Assembly: GCF_004010195.1 (NCBI RefSeq)
Contig: NC_057725.1
Coordinates: forward strand, 39,931,652-39,995,651
DNA length: 64,000 bases
From: Chiloscyllium plagiosum
Taxonomy: Eukaryota
Direction: 5' to 3'
The notes beneath the pieces were generated by a model. The model made no database searches. It was not told the origin of the DNA and worked only from the letters and a program-made list of their open reading frames with translations. The position numbers were made by a program, and so were the translations under genes. Shown one piece after another: positions 49,210 through 62,975 of this stretch; within the stretch, counting starts at the first letter, position 1; every line of letters starts with the position of its first letter.

Positions 49210-51376
49210 TTCTATCAATACAAAAACCTTGTGGCATTACAAGATAGCATGCTGTGCCACATTAATGTTTTTGTGACTTTATTTACTTCCATTAGCCTGA
49301 CCTTTCACAAGCCTTGCTAAGTTTTAAACTTCCTCTAGCTTTGGCCAACTCTGGTTCACTTTGCAATTTTAAAGTGGTGTGCTCTTTTCTTTTTCACCGT
49401 CTGTTTTATTGATGAAATTGTTCCTCAATTTTGTTTGCTGTCCATTAGGTTTTTCATTGGCTTCTTTTTAGATTTGGCTTTTCATTAGTGCTAATTCTGC
49501 CCTCTTTTTAAGTGGGATAGTTCTCTGGTAAGTCAATAGCGATAGTATTCAGTCAAGGGGTTCTAGCACAGTCAGTCATAGGAAGTTTCTGATTTCAGCC
49601 CTGGGACCTCTGTACATTCAGTCATTTGCATGGGGTTTTTAGTGACTCTAACTCATCATTTGTTCCTCTGGATAGCAGCCCCCAGCATTTCAGGGCACCA
49701 AGTTCTAAATGAGGGACACACTGTATAAAGGCAAGGCAGAGATATCTTGAGCATCCAAAGTGGTGTGAAGAAGGCTAAAAAAGCAATTGAAGAATTTTGA
49801 GATGCACCCTGCTCGAATTCATGAATTAGGCATTTGTTCTTTGTACAGAGTGTCATGATGTGCTCTAAAGTGTAGCATTGAAATGGCAAATTATAGATAT
49901 GCCATGAAGATACAGCCAAGGGGTGTAGATCTTTGCTTCCCTTGGAGTGGGCCTGAACTGCTGGTGTCATCAGGAACACCACTTGGGCTGGCATGACCAG
50001 AAATTTTAATGGAATGTGATTGGTGGCAGAGCCTTGCTGCGAATTGTCTTGCACGTGACTGAATAAGCTAAGTTTGAGTAAGCTAATCAAACCACCCTTC
50101 CCCTAAAACATTGTTCTAGTTGTTATGAGACTCCAAGCAGTTTCAGGCATATCTCCTTCATCTCTCAAGATTTTGCTTGAGCATTCTGATGTTGCTTCCG
50201 ATATTCCACTTGTATGGTGTTCTGAAGGAGAGGCCAGCTAACTGACTATAGACAGTGAACTGGTTAGTGCAATGGTAGTGATCAGATTCTGAAAGCTACT
50301 GACACAGTAACCCGAACCAACCCAAGAAAAAGGAATGTTTTATTGCCACAGAATGCAAACTATGCTTCTATAAAGCATTGATTTGGACATAAGTTAGTAC
50401 TGAGCTAGGAGATGCTGAAAATTTCATTGAATGTGCTACATGGATCCATTTATCCTTACAATAAAGGAAAGGTTTCTGATTGACAAAACGAGGCCATGGA
50501 TTACAAATCACATCTGTGTTTTGCTGCATATCTTTGGGGAGTAAGGTCCTTCTTTTCAGCTGAGGGTCTATGAGACCTCGGTTCTGCAACTGAACTGCTT
50601 CCCTCCTCAGATTTTTATCTTTAGATTCTTCCCAGTCTTCCTTTTATTGGATCTTGTGCCCCTGCAAAATGATTTCAAAATTATCCACTCATTTTTAAGT
50701 ACCTCTAATGGCTATGTGATCTCCTTTGCCTTATAACTTTACACTGATCCTTTCTTCTTTTAACACCAAACTTCTGATGTTCCCTCTGTATTAATGGCTA
50801 ATGATTTAGTTGCTACGTTTTGGTCATATGGAATTTCTTCCAAAAGCTTTTCCATTCCAATATCCTTTCACATGCTAAGTGTCCTTTTGCTCCTTATTGT
50901 GAAATGTTTTGATCATTCTCCGTATGATGAAAACTGTACAAAGGCATGTAGTTGTCGATTGCTATATTTTTGATTTCTGCAAGTTGGACATGTAACAAAG
51001 CAAATAAGGCCACATTTCAAAGTAATCTTTATATTTGTATTATAGTCTAATTGGTTAAATCTTTGTTTATAACTAAAATTTTAGTATTAGGCCTTTGGCT
51101 TAATGGCAGCATTCTTGCCTCTGAGTTGGAAGGGTTGGGTTTGGGCTCCAATCCAGGCAGTCCCAGGCAGCGGAACACTAGCTGTGAATATTACATTGAC
51201 ATCCTGTGAGAGAATGGGTGCAGTCGGCCTCACGTGTGACAAAGTGTAATCAAGGCTCCTGAGGACCTGGATGTGGCCCACCTTGGAGAACGTACTTCAT
51301 AGATGAAAACCAAGAAGGAGGCAGTGGAAAAATCACAACTCTTCGTTAAGTGGTTAAAGACCTTTGTGAAAGACTT

Positions 51377-51543
51377 TAATTACAACATTTAAATGGCATC
51401 TGGATGGGTCCATGAATAGGAAGGGTTTAGAGGGATATGGGCCAAATGCTGGCAAATGGGACTAGATTATTTCGGGTATGTGATTGGTATAAATGAGTTG
51501 GATTGAAGAGTCTGTTTCCGTGCTGTACGTATCTATGACTCTA
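51377..51543 (+). mobile_element. Short HER1/CR1 3' end
   Basis: ttacaacatttaaatggcatctggatggg...tttccgtgctgtacgtatctatgactct. Confidence 0.85.
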
Positions 51544-51743
51544 ATTCAGAGCTGTGCTTGGACAGAATGCAATTGATGGATGGACTAACAGCTTCAGGAT
51601 AATAATAATAATTACAATAGAGAAATCATTTAGTAACTTGTGGTTTTACAATTTTGGAGATATAATGTTCAAATATACCAACTGACAATGAAAAGTAAAT
51701 AAAGATTAATGTGAGATTTGGTGCATTTTGTTAGATTGCACTA

Positions 51744-51903
51744 CAGAGGAACCTAGATTATCCAAAGGACATGGGCAGGGAGAATTTTGTTCTGCATTAT
51801 TGAATGCCACATAACATAGTTTAGCTGAGCATTGGGACATTGTGATCTTGCTGGATAATCCAATATTTGGATAATCGATAGCAGGATAACCGGGATTTCT
51901 CTG
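51744..51903. mobile_element. Tigger/pogo-type MITE
   Basis: TIRs CAGAGGAACCTAGATTATCC vs CAGAGAAATCCCGGTTATCC, TA on both sides, and internal ggataa repeats. Confidence 0.78.
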
Positions 51904-52694
51904 TATATTAAAAAATGCATGAAATATAAAGGGACAATAAAATATTATTTCCTCCCATAGTACACAAAATGATATGCCACAAAGGAAGTCTTTCAGCTCA
52001 TCATACCTGTGATGACTGAAAAAGTTATCCAATTTGCCTTATTCTCTTGTCCTACCCTACATCCGTGCAATTTTTCCCAACTAAATATTATTCAATACCC
52101 TCTAAGTTAATGCAGAGTTTTTTTTTTGCTAAGTGGCATTTAGAGGAGCATAGGATTGAGGAGCGGAATATACCATTTGGCCCTCCGAGCCTGCTCCACA
52201 ATTCAATGAGACCATTGCTGATCTGGGGAGCTTGAGGTCTCAGCTCCATTTTTACTGACTGCTCCTCATAACTCTTGTGTGCCCATATAGTGTTTATGAA
52301 TAAAGCAAATCCAACTAATTTCTAAGGTCTTAACTCTAACATTTAATTCCCACATCCTTTCACTGTACGTATGCTATTGTGCCAATTTCACAACCAGGCA
52401 TACTCCCTCTCCCAGTAATCTAATCTCGGACTCCCGATCAATAGTTCAACAAAATCTGCCAGTATTCTACTTTCTGCAACATTTCCTTTTGGATCTTAAA
52501 CTCAAAGCCCAAAATAAATGCAATGGAGGATTCATTTCATAAATAATAATTGTTTTATTGAGTATTTTATCTGTTGCCTGTAAAATCCAGATTTTCTGAC
52601 AGACTGCAGTCACTATCAGGACCAAGTTGGCATGTGATGTTTGCCCACCCAACAACTTTAGCATGTACTTTGTAAATACTTAATTATTTGGCCA

Positions 52695-53615
52695 GCTGCT
52701 TGTTATGTCCTGAATTGGTGTCAAGTTTCTTGAGAGTTGTTGAAGCTCTTTTCACCCAGGCAAGCAAAGAGTACTCCAGTGTTTTGTAGATGGTGGGCAG
52801 GAGGTGAATTGCTCACGACAGAATTCCTGGTCTTTGACCTGCCCTTGTAGCCATAGCTAGCCCAGTTCAGTTTCTGGTCAATGGTAACCTCACTATGTTG
52901 ATTCTGGGGTTTGCAAGAATAATATCCAGACTTAAGTTGAGAAGTGGTAATACAAATTAGGCCTGTTTTCTCTAGAATTTAGAAATTTTAAGGAGTGATC
53001 TAATTCAAAGTCTTCAAGATATTAAGTGGAAAAGACAGATAAAGACATTGTTTCCTTAAGTAGGGAATTCTAGAACTAGGGGGCATAGCCTGAGAATTAT
53101 GGCTGGAATGTCCAGGAAAGATGTTAGAAAGCTCTTCTACACACAAATAGTCATAGATATTTGGAACACACTTCCACAAATGGCAGTAGAAATTGGGTCA
53201 GTTCCTAGTTTTAAAAAAGAGGTAGATAAAATTTTGTTTGGCAAAGAAATTAACGGATTTGGGCCAAATATGGAGTTAGACCACAGATCAGCCATGATCT
53301 CATTGAATGGTGGAACAGGCTTGAGGGGCTGAATGGCTTACTCCTGTCCTTATGATTCAGTATGGTAATGCTATTGAATATCAGGGGTAGACATTGCCTA
53401 TCACTTGTGTTGTGTGAATGTTACTTACTACTTGTTAGTCCCAACTTGGATTTTGTTCAGGTCCTGCTCCATTTGGACTACTTTAGTATCTGAGGAGTTG
53501 TGAATGATGCTGAATATTGTGCAAGCATCAGCGAACACTTCTACTTCTGACATTGTGCTAGAAGATAATTGATGAAGTAGCTGAAGCTGGTTGGTCCTAG
53601 GACACTACCCTAAGG
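52695..53615 (-). mobile_element. Old CR1/L2-clade LINE RT fragment, with a + strand CR1 3' end nested at ~52930-53355
   Basis: catcagcgaa (FAD motif on the minus strand) in decayed RT sequence. The nested piece encodes LFYTQIVIDIWNTLPQ..FKKEVD followed by a tail. Confidence 0.55.
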
Positions 53616-54728
53616 AATATTCAAGAAAGGAGGGAGACAGAAAGCACGCAACTACAAGCCACTTAGCGTAACATCACAGAAAACATGTTGGAATCTACTA
53701 TTAAGGTTACAACAGGCCACCTAGGAAATTTCAATGTAACTAAATAGTGTCAACACCGTTTGTGAAAGAGGAAGTTGTATTGGATCAATTTATTAAAGTT
53801 CTTTGAGGAAGCAATAAGCAACATGGATGAAGGGGGACCTGTGGATATAATCTGCTTGGATTTCCAGAGGCTATTTGGCAAAATAAGAATGCATAATGAT
53901 GAAGGTAACATATTAGCTGGTAAGCTATCAGGAAACAGAGTAGGCATAATTAAGAAATCTTCAGGTTAGCAAGATGTAATGAGAGGAGTTGTAAAGGAAT
54001 CAGTGTTAGACCTCAACTATTTACAATCAATATCAATAACTTGAATGAAAGGGACCAAATGTATTATTAAATTTGCATGAATTTAGGAAATTATGAAGAG
54101 GACATAACTCCAAAAGGATACAGATAGGGTAAAAAAGATTTGACAGATGGACTATAGTGAAATAAAATGTAAACATCTCCAGTTTGTCATGAAAACAAGG
54201 CAAAATCAGAAATAGAGATTGCAGTGCTGTGAGGGATCTGGATATCCTGGTATATGAACAATATAAATATCATTAGTATGTAGGTACAGCAAGTGATTAG
54301 GAAATCAAATAGAGAGGTGAGGCAGCAGTGCTAACCACTGGGCCACCGTGCCGCCCACCTGGATCTGGATATCCTGGTATATGAACAATATAAATATCAT
54401 TAGTATGTAGGTACAGCAAGTGATTAGGAAATCAAATAGAGAGGAATGTAAATGTAGTGATACTTTTCAACAATTACAGGAGATTTGGAGACTGCTGAAT
54501 ATTGTTTTGGTAGTTGAAGACAGGGTATAATTGCATTAGAGACAATTCAGAGAAGATTCATTTGACAGATTCCTGGGTGAAGTGTTACCTTATGGGGAAA
54601 GTCCATACAGTTTGGGCCTGTAATCATTTGACTTTAGAGGCATGTAAGGCAATTTTATTGAAACATAAGACTGTAAGTACATTTGATAGAGTAAATGCTG
54701 AAAACGTCTTCCCTTGTAGAAGAGACTA
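53615..54728 (+). mobile_element. Old CR1 LINE, 5' part (continues at 62690-62975)
   Basis: NLLKFFEE..GPVDIICLDFQ. Ends ...ttcccttgtagaagagactag and resumes ggggacatagtttaaaa at ~62690. Confidence 0.75.
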
Positions 54729-54976
54729 GTCATTGAGATGTACAGCACGAAAACAGACATTTTGTTACAACTTATCCATGGCGATCAGATATCCTAACCT
54801 AATCTAGTCCCATTTGCCAGCACTTGGCCCACATCCCTCTAAACCCTTCCTATTCATATACCCATCCAGATGCCTTTTAAATGTTGCAATTGTACCAGCC
54901 TCCACCACTTCCTCTGGTAGCTCATTCCATACACATACCACCCTCTGTGTGAAAAAGTTGCCCTTAGGTCCCTTTT
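54729..54976 (-). mobile_element. HER1/CR1 LINE 3' end, split from 61032-62690 by the L1 insertion
   Basis: Reverse-complemented HER1 tail running up to cccttaggtccctttt. Confidence 0.9.
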
Positions 54977-57900
54977 TTTATATAAATATTTTGAGTAAAA
55001 ACTTTTTCAAATCTTTTAAAAAACAATACCAAAATACAAAAAGATAGAGGTAGTACAACAATGTCATATCACAATACTATTAGTGATAAACTGCCAACTA
55101 TTCTCCCAGAACAAACGTGTCTACTTAAACTAAACTGCAATTAAATAAAACAAAAATTAATTTAAGCTAAATTCAAATTATCGTAAATTAAATTACATTG
55201 CATTTCTTTATTCTATTGCACTCACCACATCTCCAGTAAAGCTCCCACCCCTGCGAGCACCAATCATTGTACCCGTATTATTTTTTTCCCCGCTTCCCCC
55301 TACCAGGGCCCTATGTGAGCCCAAACTGATTCCCACAGCCCTAATCAATATTGCTAATAGGTCTGCATCAATATAATTTAGAAAGGGCTGTCACATCTTG
55401 TAAAACTGCTCTATTTAGTGGTGCACCATATTTGTGAGTTAGTCTTGGGGGAGATGCCCCATCACCAGCCTGTGCCACCCCATAAGACCTGGGGGTTTTT
55501 CCAACATCCAATTCATTAAAAATATTCTTCCTCACACAGTGAGTAAGAATGTTACACAGTCTCTTCCCATGATTCCTCAGAGAGGGCAAATTTGGCAACC
55601 CCAGAAGAAGAAATACCGTGTCCACTTTGTCTTCAATTCCCAGGATTTCCTTTAGCTCCCTTACTATGGCACTCCAGTATCTCTCGATCTTGCAACGTGA
55701 CCAAAAACAATGTGTAAGAGTGCCTATACTAATGTTACATTCGGGACACCCTGGAGATGCTCCTCTCTTGACCTTAGTTTGCCTCTCTGGCGCCAGATGA
55801 GCCCTGTGTAAAATCTTCAATTGCATAGCCTGCACTTTGTTACATATTGAGATTTTCTTTACATTTTCCCATATATCTTCCCATGTTTCCAGTGAGAGAT
55901 CCTCTCCTAGTTCCCGATTCCAAGTTCCACATCTCCTAAGGCACGTCCCTTCTGTAAATGATACAAAGTACAAACTGAAAGAGCACCCGTGCACTCCTTT
56001 CTCCACGTCTGACTTGTAAGGCTGAGCCAGGAGCGTGGTCTTCCTTTCTATATAATCCCTTATCTAAAAGTACCGGAAAAGGTCCATATTAGACAATCCA
56101 TATTTCTGACTTCGTTGGTTAAATAACATCAAGACCGCCCCCTCGAATAAATCTCCCAAACAAGAGATTCCCTTATTCTCCCATAGCTTAAAGCCGGAGT
56201 CCATTGCCCCAGATTTAAATCCTGGAGCTCCTGCCAATGGGGTAAACGGCGAGGTCTTAAGCCAATTGCCCTCGCCTTGTCCCATTATCCTCCAGACTTT
56301 CACCGTATTACAATGATTCGGGAACTTACACTGCTCAATCACAGATTTCATCTTATCCATGAATAATAAATTAACTAGGGGACATCTTGACTGTGAGGCG
56401 TCAACGTCAAGCCAAATCGACTCTGAGTCCCCCCCATACCCAGTCACCCACATATGCTAACAGGGAGCTTGATATCTCTTCAAGTCTGGAAGGTCCACCC
56501 CCACCCTGCGCGAGTTGCAATTTAGTAAATTTAATTAGAAGGCGCCTGTGGCACCAAATAAAGGACCCAAGACAACCACTGAGCCTCCATAACACTCGTC
56601 TGGGTAACAACAACAGGAGCATTCTCATGGAGTATAACAGGCGAGGGACAACGTTCATTTTGATTGGGGCTACTTGGCCTAACCGTCGTAACGGTAATCC
56701 CTCCCACTGCTGAAAATCCTGTTTTATCCTCTCCAGTAATTGTGCATAGTTAGCTTTATACAGCTGGTGGAAGGCAGGGATAATTCCCAAATATAAAAAT
56801 CCTTTTGACAACCATCTAAACGGGAACTGTGTTCTGTCCTTCAGATCTGGCACCTCCACTAATCTCCCCCCCCCCCCCCCCCCCCCCCACTGGCATGGCT
56901 TCCGATTTTTTGAAGTTGATCCTGTATCCTGAAAATCTGCCAAATAAATTAATTTTTTGAATCAATCGAGGAATTGACTCCTCCGGATTGGCTAAGGACA
57001 AGAGGAAGTCATCAGCGTATAGGGAGATGTTATGCTCCCCCATTCCCATGTTTGTGGCCACTATTTCAGGATCCCTCCTTATAGCCTCAGTTAACGGCTC
57101 ATTTACCAAGGTAAATAACAGCAGTAAAAGAGGACACCCCTGTCGACTACTAAGTTATCTGACATAGTACCATTTGTGATGACTGCTGCCTTAGGATCAT
57201 TATACAACACCGCCATCCACCTAGCAAAGGCTCCCCCCAAACCAAAGTGTTGTAGGACCCCAAACAGGTATGGCCATTCTATCTGGTTAAATGCCTTTTC
57301 CGCGTCTAGTGAGACCACCAAACCCAAGATCAATCTTTGCTGGCATACCTGCACTATGTTCAGTACCCTTCTTATTTTGTTGGAGAAGCTACGGCCCTTA
57401 ATAAAATCCGTCTGATTTTCTTTTATAATTTAGGGCAATACCTTTTCCAACCTCAGGGCCAGCACCTTTGACAGAATTTTAAAGGCCATATTCAACAATG
57501 AAATTGGTCTGTATGAAGCACATTCTTCGGGGTCTTTCCCCTTCTTTTAAAATGAGGGAGATATTAGCCTCCCTAAGAGAAGGTGACAGACAATCCTGTG
57601 CACATGAATAGTTATACATCCCCAAAAGTGACTCCTCCAACACGTTTATGAATTCCTTATAAAACTCACTCAGGATTCCATCTGGTCCCAGTACTTTGCC
57701 ACCCTGAAGGTGCTTTATTACTTCCTGCTCCTCTTGTATCATCATAGGCACATTTAACAGGGAGACCTGTGCTGCATTTATACTGGGGAGGTCCAGGTTC
57801 TCAAAACAGGACTGTATTCTCCCTGTACCGTTTTCACTGTCCTCCGACCGGGATAACTCTGCAAAGTATTCCCTAAATCTAACATTGATCGTCTTCAACT

Positions 57901-60900
57901 CATGGGTAACTGTGCCAGCCTTCTCTCTAATTGACATAATGGACTGGGTAGCATTTTTCTTTTTAGCCAGATATCTCCCTGGCTTATCTCCAAATTCAAG
58001 CAATCTTTGTTTAGCAAAGGAGACCTTTTTTTTGCCACTGGTGTGTGCAATGAGTTGAGAGCAGCCCGGAGAGCTGTGACCTGCTGCAGCTTGACTAATG
58101 AAGGCCTATTATAATATACTTCCTCAGCTATCTGCAGCCAGGTCGCTAGCATCCACTGTTGCTCCTCCCTCTGCCTCCTTCTAGTCGTTGAATATGAGAT
58201 AATCAGGCCTCATAAATGTGCTTAGTGGCCTCCCAAAATATTGCTGGATTAATGGCCGTGCCAGAGTTGATATCCCAGAAGGCCCTGAACTCTCTTGTAA
58301 TGTACTCAACAAATTTGCTATCCCTTAACAGAAATAGGTCCATGCGCCAGTGCCATACATCTATGTGGGCGGCACGGTGGGACAGTATTTAGCACTGCTG
58401 CCTCACAGTGCCAGAGACCTGGGTTCAATTCCCACCTCAGGCGACTGACTGTGTGGAGTTTGCACATTCTCCCCGTGTCTGCGTGGGTTTCCTCTGGGTG
58501 CTCTGGTTTCCTCCCACAGTCCAAAAATGTGCAGGTTAGGTGAATTAGCCATGCCATATTGCCTGTAGTGTTAGGTGAAGAGGTAAAAGTAGAGAAATGG
58601 TTCTAGGTCGGTTGCGGGTCGGTGTTGACTTGTTGGGCTAAAGGGCCTGTTTCCACACTGTAAGTAATCTAATCTATTCCACCACCCTTGATTTTAACAT
58701 CTAAATACACTGGCCCGTGGTATACGATAGTTGTATTCCCAATTTTGCACACCAATGTTCTGTCCAAACAAGCCGACGGCAGAAAGAACATGTCAATTCA
58801 CGAATGGCAGTTGTGTGGGTTGGAATAGAAAGTAAAATCTCCTCCATTCAGGTGGAGATGCCTCCACACATCCACTAATCCCAACTCCTCACACAAGTCC
58901 ACCAACTGCTTAGATTGTGCAGGAATGCCTGCTGGGCCCCTTGGCATCCTGTCAACCTCGGGATCAATTAGGTGGTTAAAATCGCCTCCTATGATTGTGC
59001 AGCACACCCCAAGGTTCATTAATATAGCAACTGCATCAATTAGAAATTTAACAGGGTGTGCTGGTGGACAATACACATTCAGGACGTTGTACTCTTCTCC
59101 ATGTATTATAGCTTAAAGAATGATGAACCGTCCATGTTTGTCCTTAATTTGCTCAGTTACCTGGAAAGGGAGGTTTCTGCTTACCAGTATAGCCACTCCT
59201 CTATTCTTGGAGCTAAAGGAGGAGAAGAATACCTTATTATAACCCTGCTACTGCAGCTTCAGCTGTTCCTTATCAGTTAAATGTGTCTCCTGCATCAGGG
59301 TGATGTCGACCCTTTCCTTCCTAAGGTTTGACAGCACCTCCTTTCTTTTAATGGGGGAATGACTGCCTTTTACATTCCAGGTGCAGCACCTGAACAAATC
59401 AGTAGCCATGGTAGTCCAGGGCAGCCTATGATTTCCCAAGAGGAAGGAAGCTTATCTGAGCTGTGGGAAACAAAGAAGACATTAACTCTATAAAGTCTAA
59501 AAACTAGTCCAACTAAAAAACTAACCACTACATTAAACATAAACATACACCCAAATAAAACCCAATTCACTAGAGATCTACCCCCTTGCCCATAGGGGGC
59601 AATCCTCCCAATCCTTACTACCATCTTGACTCCTTCTGAGGCTGCACCTGAGTCCCAGGCAATGCACAGATAAAGAAACCATTTTTTACATTCTGAGAAT
59701 TAACAATGGATGCCAACCCTCTCCTCTCCACATCTATTCTCCATGTATCTTAATCACAGGTTTAGCCACCCCCAATCCAAAAAGAAAAGGAAGGACAGCA
59801 GCAAAAAAAAAACCAAATAATAACCAACCCTCTGAAATTATAATTAAACCAGGTTTTACACCAAGGCAGTACAAAAGCTATAAAACCGATAACCACAAGA
59901 AGGGGAGAGAGTAGAAAAAGAGAGGCAGAACAAATAAAGAAAAACTGTACCATTGTACATAACAGTGCCCCTCCCCCCACACCCCAGTCCCAACCCAAGA
60001 CCTTCATTTCGAAGAGTTCACAAAGTCCTTTGCCTTTTCTGCTGAATGAAAATTATATACCGTCCCTCTGAGAGTGAAATGCAATACCACCGGGTACCTC
60101 AAGGAATATTGAATGTTCAGATCCCTTAATTTTCTCTTAACTTAATCAAATGCCTTTCTCTTCTTAACTATGGCTCCCGAGAAGTCTTGAAAAAACATTA
60201 TTCTTGAGCCTTTGTATGTTAAAGCCTGTGAATCTCTTCCTAGTCTTCTTGCTGTTTAAATCACTAATTGTTTTCTTTTATCATGCTGGAGTCACACTAG
60301 GATTGCGCAGGGGCGCAGGTTCCATGCGGACCTGCACATTGTGATCCAGTGGGCCCGCTCCACACTCACCAGACCCGACTCCAACTCCAGCCCCAGGAAC
60401 TTCGGGAGCCACTTCTCCCGGAATCCAACGTGTTCCTCACCTTCCTTATGCTCCAGGAAACCCACGAGCTGTAAGTTTTTCCTTCTGCTTTTGTTTTCCA
60501 GGTCATCCACTTGTTCCTCAAGGACCTGAACCTGGTCTTCCGGTGTTCAGATCCTTCCTCCTGAGACCTCTGCCACGGTCTCCGATACCGTGGTCCTCTC
60601 CTCCACTGCCTCTACTCTTCGCTCCAGTGTTTGAATCTCCTGCTCATGCTTTTTCAGAATGGCAGATATTGGCTCCATCACTGCTTCAATCTTTTCTCAG
60701 AATTTGCCAAACTCCGAGAGTAAATGCTGCTTCCCCTTTAAATCCAAAGGGGCTGGCCCAGGAATTTGAGCAATGGCTACGGGCACCCCGGAAACAGTAG
60801 GGGAATGCCCAGCTTGCTGTACTCCTTTCGCTCCTTTTCCTTCATTCGCCTTCATCCTGATCTTACAGCTCTCAAACCACAATTTTAGCAGCTCCAGATG

Positions 60901-61031
60901 TTCAGTAGCTATATATTATTGATTTTTCTCCTCGGGGTGGTTAACTGGGGGATAATGGTTCACCTTGCCAGAGGGTATGGCACAGAGCGCAGCACAGCAG
61001 ATCACTTAGACTGCTGCCATCTTGGATCTTC
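54977..61031 (-). mobile_element. Near-full-length, decayed L1-clade LINE (ORF1 ~60856-60005, ORF2 ~59409-55340)
   Basis: DDLENKSRRKNLQLVG; TWNVKG..QETHL; GGDFN; GPDG; SLDAEKAF; LYADD; CPEC...HCFWSR. 16-bp TSD cccttaggtccctttt at 54961-54976 and 61032-61047, at a TT/AAAA site. Confidence 0.95.
58365..58671 (+). mobile_element. Full-length HE1-type SINE inserted in L1 ORF2
   Basis: gggcggcacggtgg head, B box, V-domain, and gggcctgtttccacactgtaagtaatctaatct tail. TSD atctat at 58359-58364 and 58672-58677. Confidence 0.93.
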
Positions 61032-62690
61032 CCCTTAGGTCCCTTTTAAATTTTTCCCCTCTCACCTTAAACCAATGCCCTCTAGTTCTGGACACACCTG
61101 CCCCAGGGAAAAGACCTTGTCTATTTACCCTATCCATGCTCCTCATGATTTTATAAATTTCTACAAGGTCACCCCTCAGCCTCCAACACTCCAGGGAAAA
61201 CAGCCCCAGCTTATTCAGCCTTTCCCTATAGCTCAAATCCTCCAACCCTGGCAATATCCTTGTAAGTCTTCTCTGAACCCTTTTAAGTTTCACAACATCT
61301 TTCTGATAGGGGGGAGACCAGAATTGAACACACTATTGAAAAAGTGGCCTAACCCATGTCCTGTACAACTGTAACATGACCTCCCAACTCCTGTACTCAA
61401 TGCTCTGACCAATAAAGGAAAGCATACCAAATGCCTTCTTCACTATACTATCTACCCATGACTCCACTTTCAAGGAGCTATGAACCTGCACTCCAAGGTC
61501 TCTCTTTTCAGCAACATTCCCCAGGACCTTCCCATTAAGTGTATAAGTCCTGCTCTGATTTGCCTTTCCAAAATGCAGCACATCACATTTATCTAAATTA
61601 ATCTCCATCTGCCACTCCTTGGTCCATTGGCCCATCTGATCAAGATCTCATTGTACTCTGAGGTAACCTTCTTCACTGTCCACTACGCCTCCAATTTTGG
61701 TGTAATCTGCAAACTTGCTATCTATACCTCCAATGTTCACACCCAAATCATTTATATAAATGACAAAAAGCAGTGGACCCAGCACCAATCCTTGAGGCAC
61801 ACTGCTGGTCACAGGCCTCCAGTCTGAAAGGCAAACTCTCCACCACCACCCTCTGTCTTCTACCTTTGAGCTACTTCTGTATCCAAATAGCTAGTACTCC
61901 TTGTATTCCGTGAGATCTAACCTTGCTAATCAGTCTACCATGAGGAATCTTGTCGAATGCCTTACTGAAGTCCATGTAGATCACCTACACCACTCTGGCC
62001 TCATCAATCCTCTTCTTTACTTCAAAAAACCCAATCAAGTTCATGAGACATGATTTCCTCTGTACAAGGCGATGTTGACCATCCCTAATTAATCCTTGCC
62101 TTTCCAAATACATGTAAATCCTGTCCCTCAGGATTCCCTCCAACAACTTGCCAAACACTAATGTCAGGCTCACTGGTATATAGTTCTTTGGCTTTTCCTT
62201 ACTACCTTGCTTAAATAGTGGTTCCATGTTTGCCAACCTCCAGTCTTCCGGCACCTCACCTGTGACTATTGATGATACAAATATCTCAGCAGTGGGCCCG
62301 GCACTCACTTCCCTAGCTTCCCACGTCATTCTATCATACACCTTTTTGAATTAGATTACCTACAATTTGGAAACAGGCCCTTCAGCCCAACAAGTCCACA
62401 CCGACCCGCCGAAGCGTAATCCACCCAGACCCATTCTCCTACATTTACCCCTTCACCTAACACTACAGGCAATTTAGCATGGCCAATTCACCTAACCTAC
62501 ACATTTTTGGACTGTGGGAGGAAACCGGAGCCCCCGGAGGAAACCCACGCAGTCACGGGGAGAATGTGCAAACTCCACACAGTCAGTCGCCTGAGGCGGG
62601 AATTGAACCCAGGTCTCTGGCCCCAGAAATGACTAGAAGAGCTAACCACCGTGCCGACCTGATCAGGTCCTGGGGATTTATCCACTTTTG
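61032..62690 (-). mobile_element. HER1/CR1 LINE body (RT), interrupted by a SINE
   Basis: KSPGPD, VPEDWRLAN, PVSLT..GKLLEGILRD, WQMEINLDKC.VLHFG, EKRDLGV, RLRGDLVEIYK. Confidence 0.92.
62349..62656 (-). mobile_element. HE1-type SINE with rearranged head
   Basis: ttagattac tail, V-domain and B box. Part of the head is replaced by foreign sequence (62621-62643). Confidence 0.9.
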
Positions 62691-62975
62691 GGGACATAGT
62701 TTAAAAGTCGGAGGTCTCACATTCAAGATGGAGAAGAGAATGTTTTCTTTTCTCATGGGGTTGTGAATTTGTAGAATTCTCCTCTGTGATCAAGGCAGAG
62801 GCATTGAGTATTTTTAAGGCAGATATACATAGATTCTTAACTAATAAAGGAGTCAAAGTATGTAAGGGGCATTCAGAGAAATGGGTTGGGGCCTCAAACA
62901 GATCAGCCATGATACTATTGAATTTTGAAGTAGGCTTAAGGGACCAAATAGTTTGCTTTTGTCCTATCTCTTATT
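62690..62975 (+). mobile_element. Old CR1 LINE 3' end (continuation of 53615-54728)
   Basis: EALSIFKADIHRFL..KG followed by a cagatcagccatgat...gaa tail. Confidence 0.75.

Noticed and set aside
49656-50090. 144-aa ORF on the minus strand
   Set aside because: No recognisable domain, exon boundaries or coding pattern; probably decayed repeat sequence.
58367-58440. tRNA-like A/B box sequences in SINE heads as tRNA genes
   Set aside because: Continuous with SINE bodies and tails, with no complete cloverleaf.
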